A DNA stretch of 64,000 bases from the human T2T-CHM13v2.0 reference genome, Homo sapiens: NCBI RefSeq assembly GCF_009914755.1, contig NC_060933.1. One strand, 5' to 3'. Made by a program: the position numbers and the translations under genes. This document shows, one piece after another, positions 11,978 to 25,929 of the stretch (within the stretch, counting starts at the first letter, position 1; each line of letters begins with the position of its first letter). The notes below the pieces were generated by a model that saw nothing but the letters and a program-made list of their open reading frames with translations, was not told the DNA's origin and ran no database searches.

Positions 11978-14011
11978 GAGCTCAGCTTTGACCCTAGGAC
12001 ATTGAACTTCCATGTGCCTCATGTTGTTGCTGCTGTTTTACAAATTCATAGACAGAAAATTTCTAGCACACTGCCGGATAAGCCACGAGCAAGTCTTATT
12101 ATCTCATACTAATATTATTCTAGGCAGGTGGCACCTTTTGAGTCTGGTTACTCTGTTTGTAGATCCTAACCAAATAGGAGGATGTGACTGCCTCATAGTC
12201 ACAGAAAATACTCAACCTAGGCCTGATTCATTCAGTATTCTTATTCCCAATGCTGGCAATATTGTTCATTGATGGATCTGTGTGAGAGACACACAGGAAT
12301 ATACAATTGCATCTTATTTTATAGGTAGAGATGGCTTTTTCTTAGAACATATTATACATGATTACAAGTGTAAAAATATGGTGAAATAATTTTATTTGCT
12401 TTTCAAATGATTTTTGTTGCTAAAAACTAAAATTAAAAATAGAGAACAAGTATCCTAAATGTTTTTGAAACTATTATCATAGCAATTCTCAGACTATCAA
12501 GACTATGAACTATTTTCCATGATAGCACACTAATCATAACAATCATAACCATTTGTATGTGCATATCTAATATCTAATATTCAGGGATAAGGTCATACAG
12601 ATTACCCAGTTTAATGCTCACAGATTCTTATGTGAAAAAATATATATTTGGTCATAGTTAAAATGGACAAAATAAGTGAATCTGTCTGATGGTCAGATAG
12701 TAAATATGTCAAACAAACAAATGATTACAATTTTCAGTTAGAATAACAAAAGCACTTAGATCACTGACTTAATAATAGTGATTCCCTAGGTAATTTTTTC
12801 ATCTGTGCAGGTTGATTATCAGGGATGAAAAAGTGTGAAAACATTCCAATTAAGTAAATTGCTCTGCAGTTGGTGGGAAGTACTAAGTAATTACTTGTGG
12901 TGAGTCCAGAGATGAAGATGGAGTGGGCATCTCTGAGTCATCCAGGCAAAGGAAGACAGGTGCTGCTCCTCACAGCAGAACAAGGAGCTGGGTTTAGAGA
13001 GACTGGATAGAATATAGCATTAGGAAGGTTATCTCTAACAATCAAGTCAATGCACCAGCATTTGCCTGGGACCAACTGTGTGTTAAACACTGGTAAATAC
13101 TGGGAGGGTTAAAGGTGCAGATCTTGGGGAACCTAGCATAAAATTCAACACAGCAGACATTTATTCTCCTTGAAGAATTCCTGATTTTGCAACAATGCCT
13201 ATCATGTCCCAGAACGAGGCTTGTTGTTGAAAGTCTCTGAGAAACCAGAGATGGCACCAGCATAATACCCTGAACTTTTATAAAGCACAAAGATTTATAA
13301 TTATAATAAGGAAATCTGAGAGCAAGAAGACATGCTGATCGATCTCACACAGGAAATTTGTCCCAGATCCAAGTCAAATGACAAGTTAGATGAATTGCCT
13401 GCTTTCTAAAAAGGTATTTTAACATTTAACTAATGTGATCATTTAAAGTCAATAGCAATATCTCAGAAAGAACACCTGTTAAGTTGTGATATATTTAGTT
13501 ATATGCACTATACACAGAGAGCTAAGTGGCTAGTTCTGCTCTCTTCATTATCTGAATTATTTTAAAAATTACATTTAAGTTAATCTTGATTCGTATTTTG
13601 GATTGCTTTATGTTTCTGAATGATCATTTCCTCAAAGTTATCAGTAGTGAGCAAACACAAGGAAACATTTATTTGTCTTTTTTAAACATGCACTACACTT
13701 TGTTTTTCTCTTTTTGACTTATTCAAATATGGTAAATTAATTAATTTTTATTTAAAAAAATGATAGGATGCTCAAGTATCAAACATACAAATGTATTTGC
13801 AGTGTTTCATTTTTCAATGATTATGTATATTTAATTAATTAAAGATATGCATAAGTGCATATACACATACATTTTTTTCAATAAGGTACTCTTGCTGTCA
13901 TTGATTATTCATTTATTTTCTAACATTTCTTTCTTTCTTGACCCAAATATAAACTAACTATTTCAGGCCATGCTCTTTTAGTGCTAGAGAAAACTTTAGA
14001 TTCCATAGTAC

Positions 14012-14317
<306 letters not shown>

Positions 14318-14849
14318 CTGTAGTACTTTGTAGCGTGTTTCCAGCTAAACTGAAGCCTCAGGTGACATACCATGGCTCTCACAGCTAATTAATGAAAAAG
14401 CTGGAACCATCACCCACATTTCTTAATTCCTACTTCAGTTCATTTAATAATGCTAGAATAAGGCAAAGTCACACTTTTCTCATTTTGTGTTGATAAACAT
14501 TGTATTCTAATGGTTAGTAAAATATTAATAATGCATTCATGAGCACTTTAAAATAATTAAGTACAGCTGTTCACATAGGCAGTTATCGATACTAATTTAA
14601 ATAAGAAACAGTTTTGCATGTTACATCATTATCTGTAATCTTCTGAAAATAACAGGGACAAAAGCAGTATCATCCTTGCCTAATGTCATCTGCTAGTGAG
14701 GGGATGCAGACCTAAGTGACTAAGTTGATTCCGGCTGAGAATCAAAGGAAAAGGTCCATAGATTCATCCTTGCTTTCAAAGAGTGGCATTGTGAGAATGA
14801 GTAAGAGGAAATATCACTTAGTATTAACAGATGATAATAAGTAGTGTTT

Positions 14850-15050
14850 CCTACTAATTGATTATTTACCATATGCTAGTCCTATGCTAAGAGTTTAGAG
14901 ATACGTGAGAGTCTTGTGAGTCCGGATCATCATTCTCCCCAGTGTTCAGAGGGGAAGGCTCCGCATGGTTGAGTATCTTGCCCATAGTCACAGAACCAGT
15001 ATATGTTGGGACTTGGCCTCAGACCCAGGTCTCTCCAGCTTCGCAGCCTG
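14850..15050. mobile_element. MIR fragment (further MIR pieces near 15900-16040, 16970-17080, 18230-18340 and 31730-31910)
   Basis: MIR core-like cttgcccatagtcacag...cccaggtct. Confidence 0.6.
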
Positions 15051-18000
15051 TGTTCATCATATGATGTATCACTTACAGGAAACTCCAAAACTGAGCTGAA
15101 GTCTTTGACAGTCGCAGGAGTCAGCATCCTGCTGGAGCCGTGGCCTCACAGTCCTGTCTGTGTCCTTGGGAGGGCTCTGTGGCAGCCCCAGGTCCCACTT
15201 GCCAGGAGTCCCTTCTTCACCCATGGGCATCCTGAGAACAGAGGAGGCTGAGGGGGCAGCAGCAGAGGGTTAACAGCTCTTCAGCAGGCACTGGGTCCAC
15301 ATGCTGGAGCCCTTTTTTGTTGATTTATTGTGTTTAGACATCAGATGCGAAGGTTTCCATGAGTCACCTTCCTCAGTGAGGAATCATGAAGGAATGATCG
15401 GTCTGGCCTGCATAAGGCCCTACTCTTGCCTTGGTGTTCATTCATTCATTAATCATATTTTTTTATACATGATTCATATTTCCCCAGTCCAATACATTTT
15501 ATTTGTACATATTCTTTTAAAAATCATAATTCTTTTGTTCACACATATTTACACTTACATATAATATTGTTTTATATCTTTCATTTTGCTTTTTACTGAT
15601 TAACTCTGCATAAATATAATTGTACTAGTCATACTAAGGTGATAAAGATAATATGCTAATTTTTAATAATCAATAGAAACATTTTAATTACTTCATAAAA
15701 TCATCAAGGTATATGTCATGGTAATTATATTATTAATGCTATATACTTAGAAATAATACAGTTTCTTCCTATAACACTTATAATTAACAAAGTGTCTTAA
15801 TCAAATAATCTTGTTAACAGGCATTACAGGGAGCAGCTTAACAATATCTTTCATTTGTATAGTTCCTTAGAATTTTCAAGTCACCTACAGAAACATCTTC
15901 CAACAAGCTATAATTGGGCAGAGCAGTTAGTATTATCCCCATGTTACTCATAAAGAAGCTGAGATTACAAGCACTAAAATTTGTATCCAATATCAGCATA
16001 GTCTGGCAATTAAGGAAACAGAATTAGAACTCAGGGACTCACGGGCACTTTCTTACCCCACACACAGACAGCTTAAAATAATAACAGCATATTAAAATAA
16101 GAATCTCTCGTAGTACATTTGAGTGTTTGGGAAACTAATAATAAGCTGAAGCTGCTGAAGAATCTATTTCTTTTAGACAGGCTTTTCTAACATCTTTGTG
16201 AGGACTAACTGAATTGATGTGTGAAATTGCATAGGACAGTGGTGGCCCTATGCATAGTAGAGATTTAATGCTTATTTTAAAATTCAGAGACTCATTTCAG
16301 TATCTCGTAATTTAAAATAAAGATTTGATGATAAAAACCCACTAAAACAGAAACGACAAAATGACAAATTTGGAAAAATAACAAATTTCTAACAGTCTTC
16401 TTAAAAATAGTTGTTGATGAGTCTTACCTTGACAGATTTTTTTCTGCTTATGGCTGTCAATCTGGGTATTTCATACTCAACCACAACTATCCATGTGCTT
16501 AACATTTTGCAGACCAGGATATCACATGAGCACCATCACTGACTGTGACTGTTAGATTTAACTAATGTGACCGCTAAAAATCAAAGTAGAGTGTTGGAAA
16601 TTTTTCAGTAATGTCATTAATTCCTAAGTTATTTATGAAACATATTTCCAGCATGTGAGTGGACTCCAAGCCACAGATTTCAGTCACTTTCATGTATACC
16701 TAAGGAACATGTTATGAAAACTGATCATTTTATCTGAAAATACTCATTTTTGATTACTTAATATAATACTTAGCTAGAATGCCCTCAAAGACAGAGAATC
16801 CACATCAAACTTAAGTGACTGTCTTTCAATAAGATGGAGCTTTTATACATGAACACACCACACACACACACAAATTGCAGAGGAATGCTGTAAAAAATAA
16901 ATGATTTATAATCTTAAAAATACATTATATATATTAACTAGTTTAATTCTTACCAAGATTGCCAGATAGATATAATTTTTCTACTTTACAAAGAAAGATG
17001 ATGATTTCTCCCAAGGTCACATGCCTGCTAAGACAGAAAAGAATTTGAAGGACTATGGCTTCCAAAAACTATTCTGTATACTCTCACTCTCCACAGAGCT
17101 GTAACTTTTGCTGTTTATGTCTAAAATGAAGACGTAATCCTCTGCAGAATTGTTGAAGGCTGCATATTTCTATAAAAGCTGGCTTATCCTTCTAGAAGGT
17201 TCATTTTTCCACCTTAATAAAACAAAGCAGGAATAGGTATTTGTGTTCGCCATTCTTTTGTCCGTAGTGGTCATGTGCTCACGTATAAACTCATGTCTGC
17301 TCTGCAAGCTCTCGAAGCAAACTTTGAATATAATGAATAAGAGACTACACTGCATATTTTTAAGACACACATTATTTTACTGTTATAGATAAGGTTATTT
17401 CAATAATAAGCCCTGAATGTTATGACAGTGAAATGCTAGTATAAATCTTTCCTGCCCAAAATGTATTCTCTTTAATTTCTATATCTTTAAAGAACAATGG
17501 TTCATTTGGTTGGTATCCCATGAAGCTGGTTATAATTCTATATAAGACAATAATGTGATTTCTGAAATTTCAAATGAATTAATGTGATTATATATATAAA
17601 CTTTTAAATATATTTTAGTCATATGTAATAAATGTTTGATTTTTTATTGATATCTCTGAAGTTGCAAAGAGTATGTTTCTCATCTGCCTTATTCACAAAC
17701 TATTAGGTAATGTCTATTTAAAGTTTCTTAAATGTTAATCTATTTAATTACGCAAAAATTGACATTAAATTTTATTTTGCTACATGATCCTATTATCACA
17801 TCACTCAGAAGTATATTTTCCAGAGTTTACACTTTGAAACAAATTGAGAAAGAAGTAACATTTGGCAGATAAAGGTGAAAAAATTCTGTTTTGGTAGGGT
17901 TCCTTTGAAAGGTTTTTATTGTATTGTTTTTACTGAGGTTTACAAAGTTTATTCAGCTACAGAAAAATATGATTTTAATTCTGCAACTGAATTTTAACAT

Positions 18001-18457
18001 TGGAGTCAAAATGCTCATAGGATCTGATGTTCCTGTATTAGCTTGGCTGTATGTCTTAGATATTAAACCCAAATTAGAACCAAAATAAAAGGATGGATCA
18101 ACCATCTCTACCAACCATGCCAACAATGACCAACCTGGGTCACAGTCACAGCAGCCACCTCCACGCAGGTGGTGGGCTGATTGATTTCCAGGTGTTATCT
18201 CAATTAGTACTCTGGCCCTTCAAGATCAGTTTTACAGATGAAGAAACCGCAGCTTGCAGCAGAGAGTAGCAGGGTTTGAGGTGGTGGAGCTGGGATATGG
18301 CTTATTTTATATAGGTCAGCCTGGGCTGTCCAGACAGAAGGTTGTGAGTGCAGAGGTTGTGCAAATATTTACCTGAAGTTTGTATAGCGATTGTTAACTC
18401 AAAAAATGTTGATGTACATGACCCTTTAGTTGGAACAAGAGTGAAATGATTATCTCT

Positions 18458-18763
18458 GGCTGGGCATGGTGGCTTAATGACTGTAATCCTAGCATTTTGG
18501 GAGGCCCAGGTGGGCAAATTACTTGAGGCTGGGGGTTCGAAACCAGCCTGGCTAACATGGCAAAACCCCGTCTCTACTAAAAATACAAAAATTAGCCAGG
18601 TGTGGTGGCATGCTCTTGGAATGCCAGCTACTGGGCAGGCTGAGGCAGGAGAATTGCTTAAATCTGGGAGGCAGAGGTTGCAGTGAGTCTAGATCGCACC
18701 ACTGCATTCCAGCCTGGAAGACAAAGTGAGAACCTGTCTCAGAAAAAAAAAAAAAAAAAAAAA
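18458..18763 (+). mobile_element. Alu (AluS-like)
   Basis: Full dimer with TSD gtgaaatgatt. Confidence 0.95.
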
Positions 18764-18966
18764 GGTGAAATGATTCTCTTGGAACTGGCATGAATTAGCA
18801 ATAGACGAACTGTTACCAAGTCTGACATCAACACTAGCATTTAAAATTGACCACATTCACTAAGGCATTTCCTATATTTTTATTTCCATGTGTTTATACC
18901 CAGGGACACCCATTGGTGGTTGGATATGAGGCAGGCTGATCTTTATTCTCTTCGTTTTGTTGTTAA

Positions 18967-19283
<317 letters not shown>

Positions 19284-20267
19284 CTAAGCCTGGTACATTC
19301 TTTAGTAAAGCAAAATAATTAGGCAGGAGACATTCTTCATTCTTGGTTGAACTAACTGCTGGCCTGTTCCATACATAAATATTAACTATGTGCCCCAGTC
19401 ATGTTAGGTGATAGCACTTCTAGTGCAAAAGAGCATTAACCCTTTCCTTGTTCTCACACATGCCATATTCTTAAAAATCTGAAAACAATGAAAAAATATC
19501 TAAAACAATTTTGTTTGCTTTGCACTCTGATCCTTCCCAATGTTCAGATAGCAAGATGGAGTGAAGAGTGAAAGCCCCTTTGCCCTGGAGCAGATAGTGG
19601 CAGTGTGCTCCTCTTGACACCCCCAGGAAGCAGGCCACAGGTGCATGGAGCTGTGTTCACTGTGAAGTGGATTCAGCCTGATAACATGGAATCAATGATG
19701 CCATTGAAATAAAAGCCAGATGTAATCCTGCCCACACTCTATGATAGCTGTCCTACATCCAGAGTGTCCTGTCTTCTTCCTAGACTGTAGTTTTTCATTT
19801 ATAAATTAAGGGTGTGGGGCTGGAATCATGTCTAGGTCCCTTCCAACTCTCTAATTGCAGATTCCAGGATTCTCACTGCAGATCCTTTGCATGTTACCGT
19901 GGTGCTTGATTGCCCTGCCATGTGATGTGGCTTTTTGTGAGCATCTTTACCACTTGATTAGGGAGGAATCTGTGGGATAGCATTTTAGAAAAGTGAACTT
20001 CATAGAGGTTGCCATGTTTATAGTCATTTTAATGATGTGGATGAAATTTAAACTACCTTGTAAATAAAAAAACGTAGACAATGGTGACGAATTCAGGGAC
20101 TGGAGAGGTTGTCACATCCTTGTTAACCATTAGCAGTGTTTCCTTTAAAACAGCAGCTTTTTGCATATTAGCAAAGCGAGCATACATTGCTCATTGCCAT
20201 GAGAGGTGACGACATGAAGATGGTGCATCCTGCAGATACATTGATCCCTTTCTCTGTTTTCTCCTAG

Positions 20268-20438
<171 letters not shown>

Positions 20439-22182
20439 TGAAATCAAGGTCAGCATGAGATTCTGTCAAAGCCAAACTGTAAAAGCCAATGTCGGCATGA
20501 AATGTTGAACTTGACTTTTTCTGTCTTTTTATATAGCTGGGCAAGCAGAACTGGTTTTTATTGAAACACTCTAGTGTCTCCCCATGACAATATGGACTTT
20601 AGTTACTGTCTTTTATAGTTGAATTTAGTGGTGGACCTGAACTGAAACTTACCTGTCTTTAGATTCCCAGAGTTTAGCAAAGTACTTGCAATATGGTAGG
20701 CATCTGATGAAATGAATACAATTCAAACTAACAACAGATGATGCTGTTTTTCTGAAGCTGAGATGACACGCTGTCTGGGAAAACAGGAGCTGTACTGGGG
20801 GCAGGGTGTGATTTCTCGCAATCTCTTGGTTCTCTGTGTTTTTCTCTGCTAACGTCCTCTTTTGCACACCGTGCTGTCGCTTCACTTGATCTTCACTTGG
20901 TGGGAACCTGTGTTTAGTCAGCCTCTTTTCTCACCTATTCTTTGTTATAAAAGTGGAAAGGATGGGGCCGACATGAATATAACACAAACAAAAAGCCGGC
21001 CGTGAGATTATTTGGTGGTACTCAGTGACACAGTTGCCACTTGATGATCTAGAACATACTTGTATTCTTTCTTTACATTATCATAAAAATGTTTTAAATT
21101 ATTGTCAAAATGGAATAAAATTGAAAAATACTCCTGTATAAAACTGGAGAACAAGTCAAAGAGCAGCCTGGATGGAAATGTCTTAAGTGGCTTCAATTTG
21201 GGTCCGGCCGGATGTTCATATCACACTATTTACACACAGTCACTCCCATTCTCTGCCTACTCACAGCTTTAGCCCTGCAGAATATTAATTTTCTAAAGCA
21301 TGATAACAACGTCTGTCATTCATGCAGCATTTAATGTCTCAGATACTATTATTTCCATTTTATTACATAACCCCTGTACAACCCAGTTCATTTCCTAACT
21401 CTGCTTGTTTTTTAGTGTTTACATTTCTACAGGGCTAAATATAATGATGTTGCTTTACCAACGGTCTTTTTTCTTCCTGTTATTGTTCATCTCCTTCCAT
21501 CCCTGTGTTTTCTGGGACCTATAACTGTGCTCTCTGTTTCAATGGCTAAGATGTCTGATATTTAGAATCTCTCTTTGATGCTGTGAAGTTACCTTCTCCT
21601 CTCATTACTCTGAAACAACTTCAGGTTTACTGACTTCAAAGTGGAACATGCTCTTTGATGGCGATTTGCCATTAGCTTGATGTTCCTTCATGAAGAGATA
21701 TTACTCCAGTTCCTTGGGCTGGAGGTTGGTACCAGGAAGATCAAAGCCCCGTGCCTGATTCCAGGAAGGGCCGGTGGGCGGTGCAGCTGCCATGCAATCT
21801 GCTGGCACCGTTAACTTCTGTAAACACATGCTGTTGGCTGTAAGGGACTACTAGTAAAAAAACCCAAACATGCAGACAGATAATATGTGACCACTGCTAA
21901 CTAGCTAAAAGTAATTCATTAGAACAAGTGGACATCTACATTGTCTTTTTTTCCTTAGAAGAATAATTGTTCAAGTATGGTGATTTTATTTTTGTTGTTG
22001 ACAGTAATACAATCCTTTATGACTTATGTTAATAATGGTAGTTTCAGTATTTTCCTTTGTATTTCCACTGCCCTGCTTGTTTTCTAGAACGTTGCTTATA
22101 ATGACTTATAATATCCCTTCCACGCAGCATCTCTTCCCATTTATTTATTTATGTATTTATCAATTTATCTTTTTTTATTTTA

Positions 22183-22443
22183 AGAGGCAGGTTCTCATTA
22201 TGTTGCCCAGGCTGGAGTGCAGTGGCTACAGGCACAATCCCACTGCTGATCAGCACGGGAGTCTTGACCTGCTTCATTTGGGAGCAGGGCTAGTTCACTC
22301 TTCCTTAAGCAACCTGATGGTCCTCCGCTCGGAGAGATCACCATTTGATGCTAAAATTTGTTCAGACACCTGATCATCATAGTGCACCCCTGGGCTCCAT
22401 CGATCCTCTACCTCAGCCTCCTGAGTAGCTGGGACTGCCCAGC
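22183..22443 (-). pseudogene. 7SL (SRP RNA) pseudogene, RN7SL-type
   Basis: Contains the 7SL S-domain sequence absent from Alu (antisense atcccactgctgatcagcacgggagtcttgacctgc...ccttaagcaacctgatggtcctccgctc...tcaccatttgatgc) between Alu-domain ends. A decayed T-rich tail lies at 22140-22182. Confidence 0.9.
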
Positions 22444-22699
22444 CCTAGTGTTATTAGGTTTTCTACACTTCATTTACAGTAATAGATTCATTATTCCTTT
22501 AAACTGTGTGTGTTTTCACAGACTCCTGGCTTACTCTATGCATTTATTTCTATTTCCACTTCTAGCCTGGGGATAGGTTGTAGGTTCTCCCAGAGTTGCT
22601 ACTCAACTGCAGAATAAAGCCATGAGCACAGATGGCCTCGGGCCCTTCTTGACAGCTGTATTCTCCTGGTTTTCCATGCACCTTTGCATGCTACTCTTC

Positions 22700-24115
22700 T
22701 TGCCACTCCTTAAAGGCTAACATTATCCACAGATTGGTTGTAGGTCTTTTATCCTGCTCCCAAGCTCTCTCTGAGTCTTTTATCCACTTCCATGAGTTTT
22801 CAGTAGCATTTACACACTGTGGCTGATAACTTCCAAATAGACGTATCCGCAACCTACTCTGAGGAGTTCCAACCTCTGGTACCAACCTCTCTTCACTGGC
22901 CCTGTGAGCACTTAAAACTCAGTTGTCTATCTGCTCATTTTCCTTTGTTTTCCATCTTATAAAATGATACCAACAGCCACCTATTGACTGAAACCTGATT
23001 CTATCTCCTAAATGTTTTGAATTTCTTTCTCTTCCTCCAGTTTAGCCTAAATGAGCACCAGCCTCCTAAATCAGCTATTTGTCTCTGGTCTTGATCTTTC
23101 CAGTTTTTAGTCCACACAATAATCAGGATGATTCCTGGAAAAACATGCACATTCGATTGTTCAAACTCGATTGTTGAAACATGCTTAAAGCCACACCCAA
23201 GACACTAGGATTGTTTCCCAGAGGCCTTAGACAGAAAAATAAATTCCCTATGCTCTACTGCCTGTCCAGGCCTTTGAGGGCATCTCTCAAGAACAAAGGG
23301 GAACTCCCAGAATCTTAGGCCAGAACCCTATGAGTCCTTGACGCATCTATCTCTCTTGCCCTCCATGTCCAGTGAGTCACGAAATTCTGTATTCTTCCCT
23401 CCAAATTACACCTTGCATGATTTCAGCTCTCTTTAGCTCTACTACCGACTTAATCTAAACTTGGTGTCCCACAGATTATGGAAATTGCCTTCCAAGTTTG
23501 GGTCATTCTGTCTCTGTTCATAGCTGACTACATTATATTCTCCACACTGCAACTCAAGTTACCTTTTAAAAATGCAGAACTGATACAATTACGTCCCTGT
23601 TTAATACCATCAGTGGCTTTCCATTGTTCCTAAAACAACATCCAGACTCCCAGCAAGGCCTGAAGGAGCTTGTCCCTGAATAACTCTCCAGTGCCACCTC
23701 TTGCTGCCGTCACCTGCTACCTGTCCACTGTCAATTGTATCCAGCTTTTTACTGACTCAAAGCCTTTACGCCTGTGGTCTCCCCTGCTTGAAATGCTCCT
23801 TCCCTATGTTCTTGACTGGCTATTTACTCTTCCTCTTTTGGATCTTAGTTTAAATGATGCTTCCTAGGCCCTCACTCTACATTTGGTTCCTCATTATAAG
23901 TTCCCAGGAAGCCTATAGTATGACTTCATGTGCTATAGTCACTTTTTATAATGTATCTGTATCTGTCTTATTAGAGGCCTAATTTCCTTTTTCCTCATTA
24001 GCCTTCAGGCTACACTAGGGTAAGGTACATTCATTGCTGTAACATCAGCACCTAATACAGAGCCAGGAACATACTAAGTGCACCATAGCTTTGCATTGAG
24101 TGAATGAATGAATGA
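22700..24115 (+). mobile_element. L2 fragments
   Basis: L2-like cagtggctttccattg...aaaacaacatccagactcc and terminal tgagtgaatgaatgaatga. Confidence 0.65.
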
Positions 24116-25929
24116 AGCAATTCAGAAAAAAAGTCTGACAGATGATAATAAAATCTGAATAATGAATCTAAATTTCAGATATTTATTTCTCTCTTATACT
24201 AGCCATCCAGGTAAGGCAGGTATCTTGGAGATTATATTGTTATAAAGTGTAGTATTAAAAATTGTAATAACTCTAGTAAAAATAGCGAATATAAGGTTTT
24301 ACAGTTATGTTTCCATTCTTCCATCTGATATTTGATGCATCTTTATGTAGTAGAAAGGCAGTTATTAACACCCAGATGTTCCAAGTGAGCAATCTGAGAA
24401 GCCACACCAAGGGCCGGCAGTGCAGGAGCTACAAATAGTCACCAGAGACAGGGAGAGGACTCCAGTCCTCTGACTACCAATTCCATGTTCTTGATGGATA
24501 ATAACTGCCGAGGTTTCATAAAGGATCATTATATTGATACTTGTTTTGATATATTGCTATATTGATTGATGGCGGCAGCTTCTTTTCTACTTTCAGAGAG
24601 ACAGCATCAAGCTGCATTGTATTGTATATAAACATTTAGTTTTTGATTCTGTGCCTTCCTCCTTTTTATCATGCCAGCTTTAATTATCCTCAATTTCAGA
24701 GTTCTTTAAATCACTCCACTTTCTTTGATATTAATGCAAAAAATAGAACAGTCCTCTTCTTGTTGTTTTCTCAAGTGGTTAGTATCCTTTCCATCTCTTT
24801 AATTCCCAGTCCGCTAGTGCAGATTTTAAGGGCTTACATTCCACTCCATGCTAGTGTTTCAGTATTTTCATTAGATAACACTCAAACATGGCTTTTGTCT
24901 GATTCATGTTTCTGTTAAACTGAGATTGGGCTTCTATTCCTTTGTAAGTCACGGCAATAATTCATGAAGAAAAAAGAAAATGGTTAGTATTCAAGGTTGA
25001 CTTCATAAATAACCAAGAAGAGCTTGGTTCACCACTTTTTTGGTCCCTTAGTGGCGGAAAATGTGGTGGGGGAGGGGGTCTGGGAGTGGTGGATTCCTTT
25101 TTAAAATTTTAATACTTGGAGCACAGCCGAGATAATTAACAGAATTCTAAAATGTTCTTTTCACGAAGATTTCTTTTATAATGTCCCAAGTGAAAATCAT
25201 TTTTTATTACTCACAGGTAATTCTTTATTCATGCATTTTCTGTTACATTTTCTTATAACTTAGTCTTCAAATAGTTTTATATGTCATTCAGACTGTCTTA
25301 CATAGCTATGCTATTACCAATCAGTCCTTTTCTTATTCATCATTCTAGCTTCACTTATAATTGGTTGAACCATATATTTGCCAGTTTTGTAGATCAAATA
25401 CAGTTGAATATTAGCAGCTTCATCTGGATTAACTGAGTGCTGTACTGTTTTCTGTAGGAACAACAGATGGCAAGTGGAGGTTTCCGGTAAAACAAAACAA
25501 ATAGAACAAATAGTGACTGGACAAAAGCAAATTTTATTTTCTCCCTTCCAAAATTTTACCTGTCCTTGATTAGAATTTGAGACATGGGAAATTTTCATAA
25601 CTCCTGAGATGGTCCAAGTTTGTATTTCTTCATTGGTGTTCTAATGAAGTTAGAACTACCTACCTCTGTAAAGTTCCTTTAATTGTTTTATCACTTTTAT
25701 ATATACACGCTGTGCTAGTTTGCATCACTGGCACCAATTCTGCACCTGTTCCTTGCCAGTACCTGTGAGTGGCGTATGCTTCCCTGCCCCCTGATTTTTG
25801 AGCCAGCCAGTGACTTCCTTTGGCTAGTGGTAGGCAGAGTCAACTCTACAGTGTACCTACTGTCCTCCTTTGTGTCTACCATTAATAAGCATGCCTGAAC
25901 TATGAATTCCAGTAAAATGAAAAGAGATA

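Larger units (their letters stand above)
6307..12325 (+). mobile_element. Degraded class I (gamma/epsilon-like) ERV provirus: 5' LTR, PBS, gag, pro, pol (RT and start of RNase H); 3' part missing
   Basis: Ordered motifs: MA-like [16 protein letters not shown] (split by an Alu), CA-like EDSHKFAEVL..TYNYTREDI (about 8255-8330), zinc knuckle YHCCKKPGYSERGC (8884-8925), protease FVNPGAMYSV (9153-9182) and LLERDSLCKL, RT PVKK..YRFVQDL, QGFRDSP-like and QYADE (10055-10069), GVLTQNLG..RPIGYF, and RNase H LFIDGS (about 12262). Confidence 0.88.
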
